DNA from: Myxococcota bacterium
GTDB lineage: Bacteria; Myxococcota_A; Polyangia; Polyangiales; Sandaracinaceae
Direction of reading: 5' to 3'
NCBI GenBank assembly: GCA_036149055.1
Contig: JAYZQJ010000262.1
Span: 1-64,000, forward strand
DNA: 64,000 bases
Shown: positions 19,168 through 29,366 of the stretch, one piece after another
Layout of the letters: each line of letters begins with the position of its first letter
How positions within the stretch are numbered: the stretch's first letter is position 1
The notes under the pieces: model-generated
The model's database searches: none
Seen by the model: only the letters and a program-made list of their open reading frames with translations
Told to the model about the DNA's origin: nothing
Position numbers and translations under genes: made by a program

Positions 19168-21362
19168 GCGTCCGCCTCCGCCGCCTTCGAGGCGACCCGG
19201 GTCGACACCAGGAGGATCAGGAAGATCAGCACCGCGTAGGCCGCGGCGTAGCCGTACTGGTTGCCGCGGGTGAAGGCCCAGCGATAGGCCTCGCTGACCA
19301 GGATCTCGGTGCTCCCGTCCGGCTCGCCGCCGCTCACCAGGAAGACGACGTTGAACATGTTGAACGTCCACACCGAGCCCATCGCGACCGCGGGGGCGAG
19401 GAAGGGGACGAGCATCGGCGCGGTGATGAGGCGGAAGCGCTGCCAGGCGTTCGCGCCGTCGACCGCCGCCGCCTCGTAGACATCCTTCGGGATCGAGGTG
19501 AGCGCGCCGAGGGTGACGACCATCATGAACGGGAAGCCGAGCCAGACGTTGGTGGCGACGTTGGCCGAGAACGCGGTGGTCCAGTGCGAGAACCAGCTCA
19601 CCGGCTCCGCGCCCAGCGAGGTCAACAGCGCGTTCACCGCCCCGAACTGCCGATGGAACATGCCCTTCCAGGCGAGCGCGGTGACGTAGTTCGGGACCGC
19701 CCACGGCAGGATGAGCAGCACCCGGTAGAGCGCCTTCATGCGCAGGTACGGCCGGTGGAGCAGGAGCGCGAGGAAGACCCCGATCACGAGGTGGAGCGCC
19801 ACGTTGAGCACCGTCCACAGCACCGTCACCGCGAGCACCAGCCAGAAGGAGCCGTGGCCGAGCAGGTCGCCGCCGCGGGCCACGAGGATGTCCACGTAGT
19901 TCGCGACACCGACGAAGTACATCTCCTCGAGGCCGCGCCCGGCGAAGAAGCTCGTGAGCCCGCCGACCACCAGCGGGAGGATCACGAGCAGCCCCACCGC
20001 GACGGCGGCGTGGGCCACGTAGCGATAGGCGGGCATCGACTTGCGGAGCGCGCCCCGGAAGGCCGGCTCCCGCAGCCGGCGCACCATCGCGAGCGCGCCG
20101 AGCAGGGTGAGCAGCCCGAGCGCGGCCAGCCCCCACGCGGGCGAGCGCGGCGCCGGGAGCGGGCGGGTCACGTCGTCGAAGCGGTGCCGCCCCTCCTCGA
20201 GCGCGTCCTCGGGGGTGGCCGTGCCCCGCAGCACCTTGCGGATCGCGCGGTCGGCCGGCCCGAAGATCATGCGCATGTGCGGGTGGGTCGGCATGACCGC
20301 GGCGTCGTCGGCCGCCTCGCGGAAGCGCTGGAGGAAGGCGTCGCCCTCGAGCGCGGGCCAGGCCTCGCGGTCGGTCACGATCTGCCGCGCCACCCGCGCC
20401 CGGAGGAGCGCGCCCTCTCCGAAGGTGAGGAAGGCGGCGAAGCGGTTGGCGGCGGCGGGCTGCGCGGAGCGGGCCGCGAGGTAGGCGCCCTCCACGGTGG
20501 CGTAGGGGCGCATGCGCGCGCCGGTGGACGCCACGACCGGCAGGGGCTGCACGCGCCAGTCGAGCGCCTCGGGCAGGTCGGGCGCGAGCCAGGGCCCGCT
20601 GATCGCCGCCGCCGCCTGCCCCTCGGAGAAGAGGCGCTTCACCAGATCGCCGCTGCTCTCTTCGGGGACCACGCGGGACTCGACCCAGCGCGAGAGCCGC
20701 CGGAGCGCGGTCAGCGCGCCCTCCCCCTCCAGGCCCCAGCCGTGCTCGTCGTTCAGGAGCGACGCGCCGTGCGCGGCGAAGAAGCCGGCCGTCCAGTAGG
20801 CGCTCTCCGCCTCCATCGCGAGCGGGAAGACGCCGTCGGGGAGCGCGAGCGCCTCGAGGTCCTCGAAGCTCTCGATCGGGTCGGGCGCGAGCGACGCGTT
20901 CACGTAGAGCGCGGCGGTCTTCACCGAGAGCGGGTAGCCGTGGAGCGCGCCCAGGGCGGTGAACGCCGCCTGATGCCGCCCGTCGAGCCGCCGCGCGAAC
21001 GCCTCGGCGTCGGGCGGCGTGATCGGCTGGAGCAGCCCGCGGGAGGCGAAGCTCTCGATGCGGTCGTGCGCGTCGATGAAGAGGTCCGGGCCGTTGCCGG
21101 TGGGGATGGCGCTCTCGAGCTTCGACGCGTAGGCGCCGAACGGCTGCGCGACGAGCCGCACCCGCACGTCGGGGTTCTCGGCCTCGAACGCGCGGGCGAC
21201 CTGACGCAGCGCCGCCTCCTCCTGGCCTCGATAGGCGTGCCAGACGACCACGTCGACCGGCGCCTGGCCGACCGCCGGGCCCGCCTGGGCGGCCGACTCG
21301 CTGCACACGAGCGCGCAGGCGAGCAGCGCGATCGTCGCGAGCCTCTGTCGTCCCTTCCCCAT
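19164..21362 (-). CDS. Fused sugar-binding protein (MalE-like) and permease (MalF-like)
   Basis: Signal peptide; VVVWH, GPDLFIDAHD, ISGPW (SBP); then LILPWAVP, YEAAAVDGA (permease) in one frame. Confidence 0.9.
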   Translation of the reverse strand: MGKGRQRLATIALLACALVCSESAAQAGPAVGQAPVDVVVWHAYRGQEEAALRQVARAFEAENPDVRVRLVAQPFGAYASKLESAIPTGNGPDLFIDAHDRIESFASRGLLQPITPPDAEAFARRLDGRHQAAFTALGALHGYPLSVKTAALYVNASLAPDPIESFEDLEALALPDGVFPLAMEAESAYWTAGFFAAHGASLLNDEHGWGLEGEGALTALRRLSRWVESRVVPEESSGDLVKRLFSEGQAAAAISGPWLAPDLPEALDWRVQPLPVVASTGARMRPYATVEGAYLAARSAQPAAANRFAAFLTFGEGALLRARVARQIVTDREAWPALEGDAFLQRFREAADDAAVMPTHPHMRMIFGPADRAIRKVLRGTATPEDALEEGRHRFDDVTRPLPAPRSPAWGLAALGLLTLLGALAMVRRLREPAFRGALRKSMPAYRYVAHAAVAVGLLVILPLVVGGLTSFFAGRGLEEMYFVGVANYVDILVARGGDLLGHGSFWLVLAVTVLWTVLNVALHLVIGVFLALLLHRPYLRMKALYRVLLILPWAVPNYVTALAWKGMFHRQFGAVNALLTSLGAEPVSWFSHWTTAFSANVATNVWLGFPFMMVVTLGALTSIPKDVYEAAAVDGANAWQRFRLITAPMLVPFLAPAVAMGSVWTFNMFNVVFLVSGGEPDGSTEILVSEAYRWAFTRGNQYGYAAAYAVLIFLILLVSTRVASKAAEADA

Positions 21363-21373
21363 CCCCCCGGGCC

Positions 21374-22423
<1,050 letters not shown>

Positions 22424-22504
22424 GGCGCGCTACCATGACCCAAAACCGTCACCCTGACCAGAGACACGGTTGTCGTCCACCCGACGCGTGGTCAGCTTGG
22501 CGCG

Positions 22505-22681
22505 GTGATCACCCGGATCCGCCGCTGGATCGCGCGCGCCCTCGCGACCGCGCTCACCGTCCTCACCCTGGGCCGGCTCGCGGTGCGCGCCGACGGAGCG
22601 CTGCCGGCCGCCGAGGACACGCGCGAGCGGCCGACGGTCTCGAGCCCGCTCGATCAGCCGAGCGAGGGGCGCACGCCGTAG
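22505..22681 (+). CDS. Putative 58-aa small protein (not in ORF track)
   Basis: GTG..TAG frame (M)ITRIRRWIARALATALTVLTLGRLAVRADG...; third codon positions almost all G/C; fills the gap between divergent and convergent genes. Confidence 0.45.
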   Translation: MITRIRRWIARALATALTVLTLGRLAVRADGALPAAEDTRERPTVSSPLDQPSEGRTP

Positions 22682-23646
22682 GAGTGCAGCTCGGCGCCCT
22701 TCTCGGAGAGCCGGAGCTGCGCGACCGCGCCGTGCCGCATCGGCGCGAGGCCGCCCTCCCCGAGGCCGGCGAGGCGCTCCACCACCCGGCGGGCCGCGTC
22801 CGGCCGCGCGACCAGCCCGAAGCTCGCGTCCACGTGGTCCTCGCGGAGGCGATCGAGCGCCGCCTCGGAGCCGTCGATGGGCTCGGACAGGAGGGACACC
22901 GCGAGCGGCTCCTCGGCCACGTCCTCGACGGCGAACCAGATCGGGATGCCGAGGCCGGCGAGGATCGCGTCGGTGAGCGCGCGGTCGTCGGGCTCCCCCT
23001 CCGCGCTGGCCACCACCGCCACCCGGGTGGCGGGGACCGGCATCGAGATCAGCCCCGAGCCCTGGTCGCCGGGGTCGAGGTGGCTCGCGTCGTTGTAGAC
23101 CTCGATCGCCATCGGGCCGGTCGCGCGCACGACGGTCAGCGAGGTGTTGGACACGCCGACGAGCGAGCTGCGCCGCCCCCGGAGGCCGAGCACCCGGGTG
23201 GCGAGCGCCCGGATCACGCCGCCGTGGGTGACCAGGACCACCCGGCCCTCCCCGCCGCGCAGCGCCTCGATCCCCGCGTCGACCCGCGCCTCGAACTCGG
23301 GCATGGACTCGCCGCCGCCGATCCGGACCGGCTCGCCGGCCCGCAGCGCCCGCACCTGCTCGGGGAAGCGCACCCCCACCTCGGTGCGCAGGAGCCCGGC
23401 CCACTCGCCGACGTCGATCTCGCGGAAGCGCGGATCGAGCTCCGGCTCGCCGAGCGCCATCGCCGTCTCCTGGGCCCGCCGCAGGTCGGAGGCGATCAGG
23501 CGATCGGCCTCCAGCTCCCAGAGCCGGCCGGCGAGCGCGCGCACCTGGAGCTGGCCGCGCGGCGAGAGGGGGACGTCGCTCTGCCCCTGCCAGCGGCCCG
23601 AGGCGTTCCACGTCGACTCTGCGTGGCGGATCAGGACGAGGCGCAC
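22654..23646 (-). CDS. Histidine phosphatase family protein with degenerate second domain
   Basis: LIRHAESTWN, SDLRRA.ET, REIDVGEWAG, VTHGG. Confidence 0.9.
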   Translation of the reverse strand: MRLVLIRHAESTWNASGRWQGQSDVPLSPRGQLQVRALAGRLWELEADRLIASDLRRAQETAMALGEPELDPRFREIDVGEWAGLLRTEVGVRFPEQVRALRAGEPVRIGGGESMPEFEARVDAGIEALRGGEGRVVLVTHGGVIRALATRVLGLRGRRSSLVGVSNTSLTVVRATGPMAIEVYNDASHLDPGDQGSGLISMPVPATRVAVVASAEGEPDDRALTDAILAGLGIPIWFAVEDVAEEPLAVSLLSEPIDGSEAALDRLREDHVDASFGLVARPDAARRVVERLAGLGEGGLAPMRHGAVAQLRLSEKGAELHSYGVRPSLG

Positions 23647-23659
23647 GGGTGCGAGCTTA

Positions 23660-24592
23660 TCAGGTGCCGGTCTCGGAGAGCGGGGACGGCGCCGCGAGCA
23701 CCGTCCGGTCCCGGCCGGCTCGCTTGGCCTCGTAGAGGGCGCGATCGGCGCGGTCGATCAGGTCGGCGAGCGCCTCGGAGCCGACCGGCGCCGCCGCCGC
23801 GCCGATGCTCGCGCTGACCGGGATGGCCTCGCCCCCGTGGGGGACCGCCGCGCGGGTGATCTCGCGCCGCACGCGCTCGGCGGCGACCCAGGCGCCGCGG
23901 GCGTTGCACTCCGCGAGGAGCACCACGAACTCCTCGCCGCCGAAGCGGGCGAGCTGATCTCCGTCGCGCAGCACGCTCTGGATGCGGCGCGCCGCCTCCG
24001 CGAGCACCGCGTCACCGGCCGGGTGCCCGTGGGTGTCGTTGATGCGCTTGAAGTGATCGAGATCGATCATCAGCAGCCCGGCGGGTCGCTGGCTGCGGCG
24101 GGCCCGGCTGAGCTCCTTGGACGCCACGTCCATGAAGGCCCGGCGGTTCCAGACCTGGGTCAGCGGGTCGACCATCGCCTGGGTGCGGAGCGCCTCGCGC
24201 GCGGTGATCAGCTCCTCGTGCAGCTGCACCAGGCGCTTGCCGTTCCGGAGCCGGATGCGCAGCTCCGGCGCGCTGACCGGCTTGGTGAGGTAGTCGTCCG
24301 CGCCCGCGTCGAGCCCCTGCAGCACGTCGTCGTTCCCCGTCTTGGCGGTGAGCAGGTAGACGAAGGTGTACCGGTCGGTGATCTCGGCGCGCAGCTTCCG
24401 GCACACGTCGATGCCGTCCATGCCGGGCATGACCCAGTCGAGGATGGCGAGCCGCGGCGCGTCGGGTCGCTGCAGCGCGGCCCACGCCTCGTTGCCGTCG
24501 GCGTAGGCTTCCACTTCGTAACCCCACGCCACGAGCATGCGCTCGAGCACGGTCCGAGAGACGGCGGAGTCGTCGGCGATCAGTACACGCAT
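23660..24592 (-). CDS. Response regulator-diguanylate cyclase (REC-GGDEF)
   Basis: IADD, LDWVMPG, K-P receiver; DLDHFK.IND.HGH; RDGD I-site; GGEEF active site. Confidence 0.96.
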   Translation of the reverse strand: MRVLIADDSAVSRTVLERMLVAWGYEVEAYADGNEAWAALQRPDAPRLAILDWVMPGMDGIDVCRKLRAEITDRYTFVYLLTAKTGNDDVLQGLDAGADDYLTKPVSAPELRIRLRNGKRLVQLHEELITAREALRTQAMVDPLTQVWNRRAFMDVASKELSRARRSQRPAGLLMIDLDHFKRINDTHGHPAGDAVLAEAARRIQSVLRDGDQLARFGGEEFVVLLAECNARGAWVAAERVRREITRAAVPHGGEAIPVSASIGAAAAPVGSEALADLIDRADRALYEAKRAGRDRTVLAAPSPLSETGT

Positions 24593-24669
24593 GCCCCACC
24601 GCCCGAAACGACCGGCGCGGCCAAACCTTGAGGGGAAGGGCCCCGCCCTCGTTCTGATACGCTGATGTC

Positions 24670-26205
24670 ATGCGACGCTCACCGTGGGTGCTGGCCCTCC
24701 TGCTCGGGGTCTTCGGCTGCGACGACGGCTCCGCGCGTCCCGACGCGGACGTCGGCTTCGACGCGGGCGTGGAGCGTCGCGACACCGGCGTGAGGCGCGA
24801 CACCGGCGCCGACGACTGCGGCGGCGTGGGCCAGATGTGCTGCGACACCGGCCTGCGCTGCGCGGACGGCTCGTTCTGCGAGGAGGGCAGCTGCTGCGCG
24901 GTCCCGGGCGGGGCGACCTGCGAGGAGCCCACCGACTGCTGCGGGGACACCGACTGCGTCGGCGGTAAGTGCTGCGCGCTGCAAGGGAGCTCGTGCCGGA
25001 CCGCGGCCGACTGCTGCACCGACCTGCTCTGCGCGGACGGGCTCTGCCTGCGCCCGTTCGACGAGGGCTGCGGCCGCGAGGGCGAGCCGTGCTGCGGCGC
25101 GGGCATGTGCCGGAGCGGCTTCGCCTGCGCGGGCGACGCGTGCGTGGTCTGCGGCGGCGAAGGCGAGGCGTGCTGCGAGCCGCCGAGCGAGTGCCGCGGC
25201 GGCCGGACCTGCAACGCGGGCGTCTGCGGGGAGCCCGACCCGACCTGCGGAGACGACGGCCAGCCCTGCTGCGCCGGCGATCGCTGCGACGGCGAGCTCG
25301 CCTGCAGCGACGGCACCTGCGCCGCCCCGGCCGAGCGCTGCGGCTACCTGGACTGCGACGAGTGCACCCTGCACTGGCCCTGCGGCTGGTGCGCCGACAG
25401 CGGCACCTGCCAGGCGGGCTCGTCGAGCGGCCCGGACGGCGGCTCCTGCGGCGACTGGGACTGGGCGCCCTCGGCCTGCGACGGCGGATCGTTCGACACC
25501 TGCTTCCTCGAGGGCGACTGCGGCACCTGCGCGGCGCGCTCCGACTGCGGCTGGTGCGGAGACACGGGGAGTTGCGAGGCCGGCGACTCGCTCGGCCCGA
25601 GCACGGGCACCTGCGCGAACTGGGACTTCTTCAGCTTCGAGTGCGGGCCGAGCTGCTCGCTCTACGGCGACTGCGGCGGCTGCGCCGACGCGGCCGGCTG
25701 CGGCTGGTGCGGAGACACGGGCACCTGCCGGGCCGGCGACGCCTTCGGGCCGACGAGCGGCTTCTGCACCGAGTGGCGCACGACCCGCTCGAGCTGCCCC
25801 GCCCCGGATCCCTGCGTCGGCCAGACGAGCTGCGCCGCCTGCACGGCGACCGGCGGCTGCGGCTGGTGCGCGTCGAGCGGGACCTGCCAGCGCGGCGGCG
25901 CGGGCGGCCCGAGCGCGGGGAGCTGCGGCGACTGGGACTTCGGGCCGTCGTCGTGTGCCTGCGGCGCCTCGATGGCGATGTGCTCGGTCGACGCCGACTG
26001 CTGCGCCGACCTCAGCTGCCGCCGCGGCGCGTCCTTCGGCGTGCGCTGCTGCGTCGAGGCGGGCGCGAGCTGCAGCGCCGGCGGCGACTGCTGCGGCTAC
26101 ATGGACTGCGTGGGCGGCACCTGCGCCTGCCGCGCGAGCGGCCGAGGCTGCCTCGAGGACGGCGACTGCTGCTCCGGCACCTGCAGCAGCGGTCGGTGTG
26201 CCTGA
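24670..26205 (+). CDS. Cys-rich lipoprotein with four PSI-like repeats
   Basis: LLLGVFGC lipobox; four C..C....CGWC....C...G...GP..G.C..W repeats flanked by CC-containing modules. Confidence 0.82.
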   Translation: MRRSPWVLALLLGVFGCDDGSARPDADVGFDAGVERRDTGVRRDTGADDCGGVGQMCCDTGLRCADGSFCEEGSCCAVPGGATCEEPTDCCGDTDCVGGKCCALQGSSCRTAADCCTDLLCADGLCLRPFDEGCGREGEPCCGAGMCRSGFACAGDACVVCGGEGEACCEPPSECRGGRTCNAGVCGEPDPTCGDDGQPCCAGDRCDGELACSDGTCAAPAERCGYLDCDECTLHWPCGWCADSGTCQAGSSSGPDGGSCGDWDWAPSACDGGSFDTCFLEGDCGTCAARSDCGWCGDTGSCEAGDSLGPSTGTCANWDFFSFECGPSCSLYGDCGGCADAAGCGWCGDTGTCRAGDAFGPTSGFCTEWRTTRSSCPAPDPCVGQTSCAACTATGGCGWCASSGTCQRGGAGGPSAGSCGDWDFGPSSCACGASMAMCSVDADCCADLSCRRGASFGVRCCVEAGASCSAGGDCCGYMDCVGGTCACRASGRGCLEDGDCCSGTCSSGRCA

Positions 26206-26219
26206 CGGCTCCGCGACCC

Positions 26220-26256
26220 GCCCCCTGCCCGTGCCCCTTCCCGCGCCCGTGCCCGC
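26220..26256. repeat. Degenerate (CCCGTG)n hexamer tract
   Basis: ccctgcccgtgccccttcccgcgcccgtgcccg; same unit as 61764-61850. Confidence 0.5.
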
Positions 26257-26369
26257 CCGTCGGCTGGCAGCTCATCTCTCGCGAGACGCAGAGATGGCAC
26301 CGCGATGGCGGCCGGCCGCCTGGTGCTGAACCGACCGGTCGCGACAGCTGACGGCGGCGTCTCAATTAC

Positions 26370-26527
26370 TCGCGCAAAGACGCAAAGACGCGAAGGGACC
26401 GAGCGGGCCGCGCGCTGGTAGCTCGCCAGGTCGCGGCGACCGGCCCAGGCCACGGCCATGGCAGCCCCGACATCCCTGGCCTCACGCCACCCCGTCGCCC
26501 TCTCTGCGCCTTTGCGTCTTTGCGCGA
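26370..26527. repeat. Inverted-repeat element with perfect 18-bp arms
   Basis: TCGCGCAAAGACGCAAAG (26370-26387) and its reverse complement (26510-26527), with AT-rich outer flanks. Confidence 0.8.
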
Positions 26528-26627
26528 AATTATTTGTCACCGAAGCCGCGCGCGGATCGGCGACGAAACGAAACGAGCGAGCCAGGGCGCCTGCCCCAGC
26601 TCGCTCGACTCGCGACGAACGCGCGGC

Positions 26628-27770
26628 CTACTCGGCGGCGGGCGCGGTCTCGGACTCGGCGCCGGTCTCGGCGTCGGTCTCGGCGTCGGTCTCGGCGTCG
26701 GTCTCGGTCTCGGCGTCGGTCTCGGCGTCGGTCTCGGCCGAAGCCGAGGCGTCGGCCTCGACGGAGGTCTCCACCGGAGCGTCGGCCCCGACCGCCGGGC
26801 ACGGCTCGGGCTCCGGGCAGTTGCAGACCGGGCACTCCTCTTCTTCCTCCTCCTCCGCTTCCTCTTCCGGCGTGCCGTCGAGGTCGAAGTTGCCGACGAG
26901 GTTGAGCGTCACGAGGAGGTCCAGCATCTGGGTCGGCTGGTTGGCCTGCTCGTTCCAGGGATCGACCTGGCCGGGCGGCTGGCTGTCGAGGCGGGCCGTC
27001 ACGTCGAGCGCGATCTGGAGCCACTCCTCGAGCTTGCTGCGGAGCTGGTTCTGCCACTCGAAGCGGAGGTGGGCGAGCTCGGTGCTGCCGGGTGCGCGGT
27101 AGAGCTCCCAGAGGATCTCGAGCCCGGTCTGGTAGGTCAGGAGCGCGTTGAGCTGGTTGTTGTAGCCGACGAAGCCGCGGGCCGAGAAGATGAAGCGGTC
27201 CTGGCTCATCACGCCGCCGCCGATGTCGAACGGCTCACCGAAGTTGTCGTAGGTGCCGTCCACGCCGAGCTCCACCCAGAACCGATGGTTCTCCTCCTTG
27301 AAGAGGTTGCGGAGGTAGCCGGCCTGGCCGCCGAAGCGCGGCTGCAGGTTCGCGAAGGTGTCGTGGCGGAAGACCGCGGCCACGAAGATCGCGTCCATCG
27401 GGGTGAGGAAGTAGTCGTAGCGGAGCAGCCCGGTGAGGTTGTTGGCGTTCTCGTCCCACTCCCCGAACTCGTACATGTCCATGTCCGGGTCGATGCGCGT
27501 CGCCGCGAGCCCGTAGACGTAGCCGAGGCGGAGCCGGAAGCCGTGCTCCGCGCGACGGAGCTGGAAGTCCGCGCCCGCGTTCAGCGTGACCGTGCGCGCG
27601 TTGCCGTAGGTCAGCGAGGTGCCGGCGGTCAGGTTGAGGGTGATGTCGTCGTCCGGCCGCTCGAGCGAGGCGCGCTCGGTGTTCTGGTCGGCCTCGGCCG
27701 GCTGAGCGGCGGCGAGGCCCGGGGCGAGAGCGAGCGCGCCGAGGGCGCACGTGATGAACCAGCGATTCAC
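26628..27770 (-). CDS. DUF481-like outer-membrane beta-barrel protein with acidic C-terminal tail
   Basis: GGAGG RBS; GTG start; signal peptide; TYGNA, LRYDYFL, GGQAGY amphipathic strands; tail EEEEEEECPVCNC...(ETDA)n. Confidence 0.8.
   Translation of the reverse strand: MNRWFITCALGALALAPGLAAAQPAEADQNTERASLERPDDDITLNLTAGTSLTYGNARTVTLNAGADFQLRRAEHGFRLRLGYVYGLAATRIDPDMDMYEFGEWDENANNLTGLLRYDYFLTPMDAIFVAAVFRHDTFANLQPRFGGQAGYLRNLFKEENHRFWVELGVDGTYDNFGEPFDIGGGVMSQDRFIFSARGFVGYNNQLNALLTYQTGLEILWELYRAPGSTELAHLRFEWQNQLRSKLEEWLQIALDVTARLDSQPPGQVDPWNEQANQPTQMLDLLVTLNLVGNFDLDGTPEEEAEEEEEEECPVCNCPEPEPCPAVGADAPVETSVEADASASAETDAETDAETETDAETDAETDAETGAESETAPAAE
26664..26737. repeat. 12-bp coding tandem repeat (GGTCTCGGCGTC)n encoding ETDA repeats
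   Basis: Five full units plus half units seen directly. Confidence 0.85.
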
Positions 27771-27807
27771 GAATCCTCCAAAGGGAAAGGGACGTCGCCC
27801 CGCGCTC

Positions 27808-27823
27808 AGCAGCCGCCGTGCCA
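27808..27823 (-). promoter_or_regulatory. sigma54 (-24/-12) promoter for the beta-barrel gene
   Basis: Minus strand TGGCACGGCGGCTGCT with exact GG-N10-GC spacing, about 40 nt upstream of the start codon. Confidence 0.7.
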
Positions 27824-27908
27824 GCCCCACGTGCGGGGTCGAGCTCGGCCTAGCGCGCAGCCAGCGTGGGGCGCAGCCCACGCGTCGTCGGGTGCACCCG
27901 TAGGTCCG

Positions 27909-28628
27909 TCAAGTGGGTGCGAAAGCGTCGTTCAGGAGCGCCTGGGCGCGCTCGAGCACGCCGCCCGGGATCTCGTGCTGCCCGGGGAACGCGACGAACT
28001 CCACGTCGAGGCCGGCGCCGGTCATGCGATCGCGCAGGCGCTCGGCCATCGAGAACGGCAAGAGAGGATCGCGCCGCCCGTGCGACTGGAGCACCTTCAG
28101 GCCGGCCCGCTGCGGCATGCGCGGCGCCCACTCGGCCTCGTTGATCAGCGTGCCGCTCATCAGCACCAGGCCGTCCAGCGCCCGCTCGGTGTGGAGCGCC
28201 ACGTCGAGGGCGATCATCGCCCCCTGCGAGAAGCCGCCGAGCACGAGCTTGCTGGGAGACAGCTCCGTCTCGAGCGCGTCGAGCATCTCGAGCACCTTCC
28301 CGCGCGCCTCGAGCATGCCGTCGGGGCGCTCGCCGGACATGTCCCGCTCCTGCCCGGTCGCGATCGCCCGCTCGAGCGCGACCATGTCGATCATCCACCA
28401 CGCGCGAGACTCCATGCCGAAGCCCATCGCCGGGAGGCTGAGCGGGGCGGCGGGGAAGACCCAGCGGACCTCCTGGGGCGCGTCGATGACTCGCCAGAGG
28501 GGGACCAGATCGGTCCCGGGCGCCCCGAAGCCGTGCATGAGCACCACGACCGGACCGTCGCCGCCGCCCTCTCGATCGGGGCCGCCCGCGATCACCACGT
28601 CGAGGGGGCCGAGCTTCGTCGTTCGCAT
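27909..28628 (-). CDS. Phospholipase/carboxylesterase (alpha/beta hydrolase)
   Basis: MHGFGA, FPAAP, AWW, GFSQG nucleophile, HGRRDP, GQHEI. Confidence 0.92.
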   Translation of the reverse strand: MRTTKLGPLDVVIAGGPDREGGGDGPVVVLMHGFGAPGTDLVPLWRVIDAPQEVRWVFPAAPLSLPAMGFGMESRAWWMIDMVALERAIATGQERDMSGERPDGMLEARGKVLEMLDALETELSPSKLVLGGFSQGAMIALDVALHTERALDGLVLMSGTLINEAEWAPRMPQRAGLKVLQSHGRRDPLLPFSMAERLRDRMTGAGLDVEFVAFPGQHEIPGGVLERAQALLNDAFAPT

Positions 28629-28706
28629 GCGCGCGAGCATGCACCGGAGGCGGCAGCTCCGCCACGAGCGTTGGCGCCAGGCGCCCAGATGTACTACGGA
28701 ACCGGG

Positions 28707-29264
28707 GTGACGGATCGCGAGACGCCTCCGCCCAAGAAGGACGTCGCGCGAGCCCTTCTGCTTCGGGGGAGCGTGCTCGTGCACCTCGATCCGCGCACGC
28801 GCGGGGTCGTCGTCCCTCCGTGGCTCGCCAAGCAGCCGCAGCTCGTGCTCCAGGTGGGGCTCGACCTGCCGGTGCCGATCCCCGATCTGCGGGTCGACGA
28901 CGAGGGGGTGTTCGGCACGCTCTCGTTCAACCGCTCGCCCTTCACCTGCTCGGTGCCCTGGGACGCCGTCTTCGCGCTCTTCGGCGAGGACGGCATGGGC
29001 ATGGTGTGGCCCGAGGATCTGCCGACCGAGATCGCCGACGAGGTGCAGCAGGCGATCGACAAGTCCGCCGGCCCGAAGCTCCGCTCGATCGAGGGGGGCG
29101 CCGGAGACGAGCCGCCCAAGAGCCGCCCGGCCCGCCCCCACCTCCGCTCGGTGCCGCCGCCCGAGCCGGAGGAGAAGAGCGAGACCCCCTCGGACGAGCC
29201 CCCGGAGCCCGACGGCGACGACGACGGATCGGGTCTGCCTCCCTATCTGCGGGTCATCAAATAG
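28707..29264 (+). CDS. sspB: ClpXP specificity-enhancing factor SspB family
   Basis: GVVVP, TLSFN..F.C.VPW.AV.A core; acidic linker; C-terminal YLRVIK resembles the ClpX-binding LRVVK tail. Confidence 0.8.
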   Translation: MTDRETPPPKKDVARALLLRGSVLVHLDPRTRGVVVPPWLAKQPQLVLQVGLDLPVPIPDLRVDDEGVFGTLSFNRSPFTCSVPWDAVFALFGEDGMGMVWPEDLPTEIADEVQQAIDKSAGPKLRSIEGGAGDEPPKSRPARPHLRSVPPPEPEEKSETPSDEPPEPDGDDDGSGLPPYLRVIK

Positions 29265-29340
29265 CAGACGCGAAACGCCGGTCTTTCACCTGCGAAAGAC
29301 GGCCAGGGTCCCCGGCCGGGGATTACACCGACGCGAGGCT

Positions 29341-29356
29341 TGGCACGCTCGTCGCA
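29341..29356 (+). promoter_or_regulatory. sigma54 (-24/-12) promoter
   Basis: TGGCACGCTCGTCGCA with GG(29342-43)-N10-GC(29354-55). Confidence 0.65.
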
Positions 29357-29366
29357 GAGGGTGTCG

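Noticed and set aside
26295..26309. TGGCACCGCGATGGC sigma54-like motif
   Set aside because: GG-N10-GC spacing is right but the -12 box is poor and there is no clear downstream gene; lies within a repeat-rich spacer
26664..26737. Possible CRISPR-like repeat
   Set aside because: Contiguous 12-bp coding tandem repeat with no spacers; no cas genes in the window
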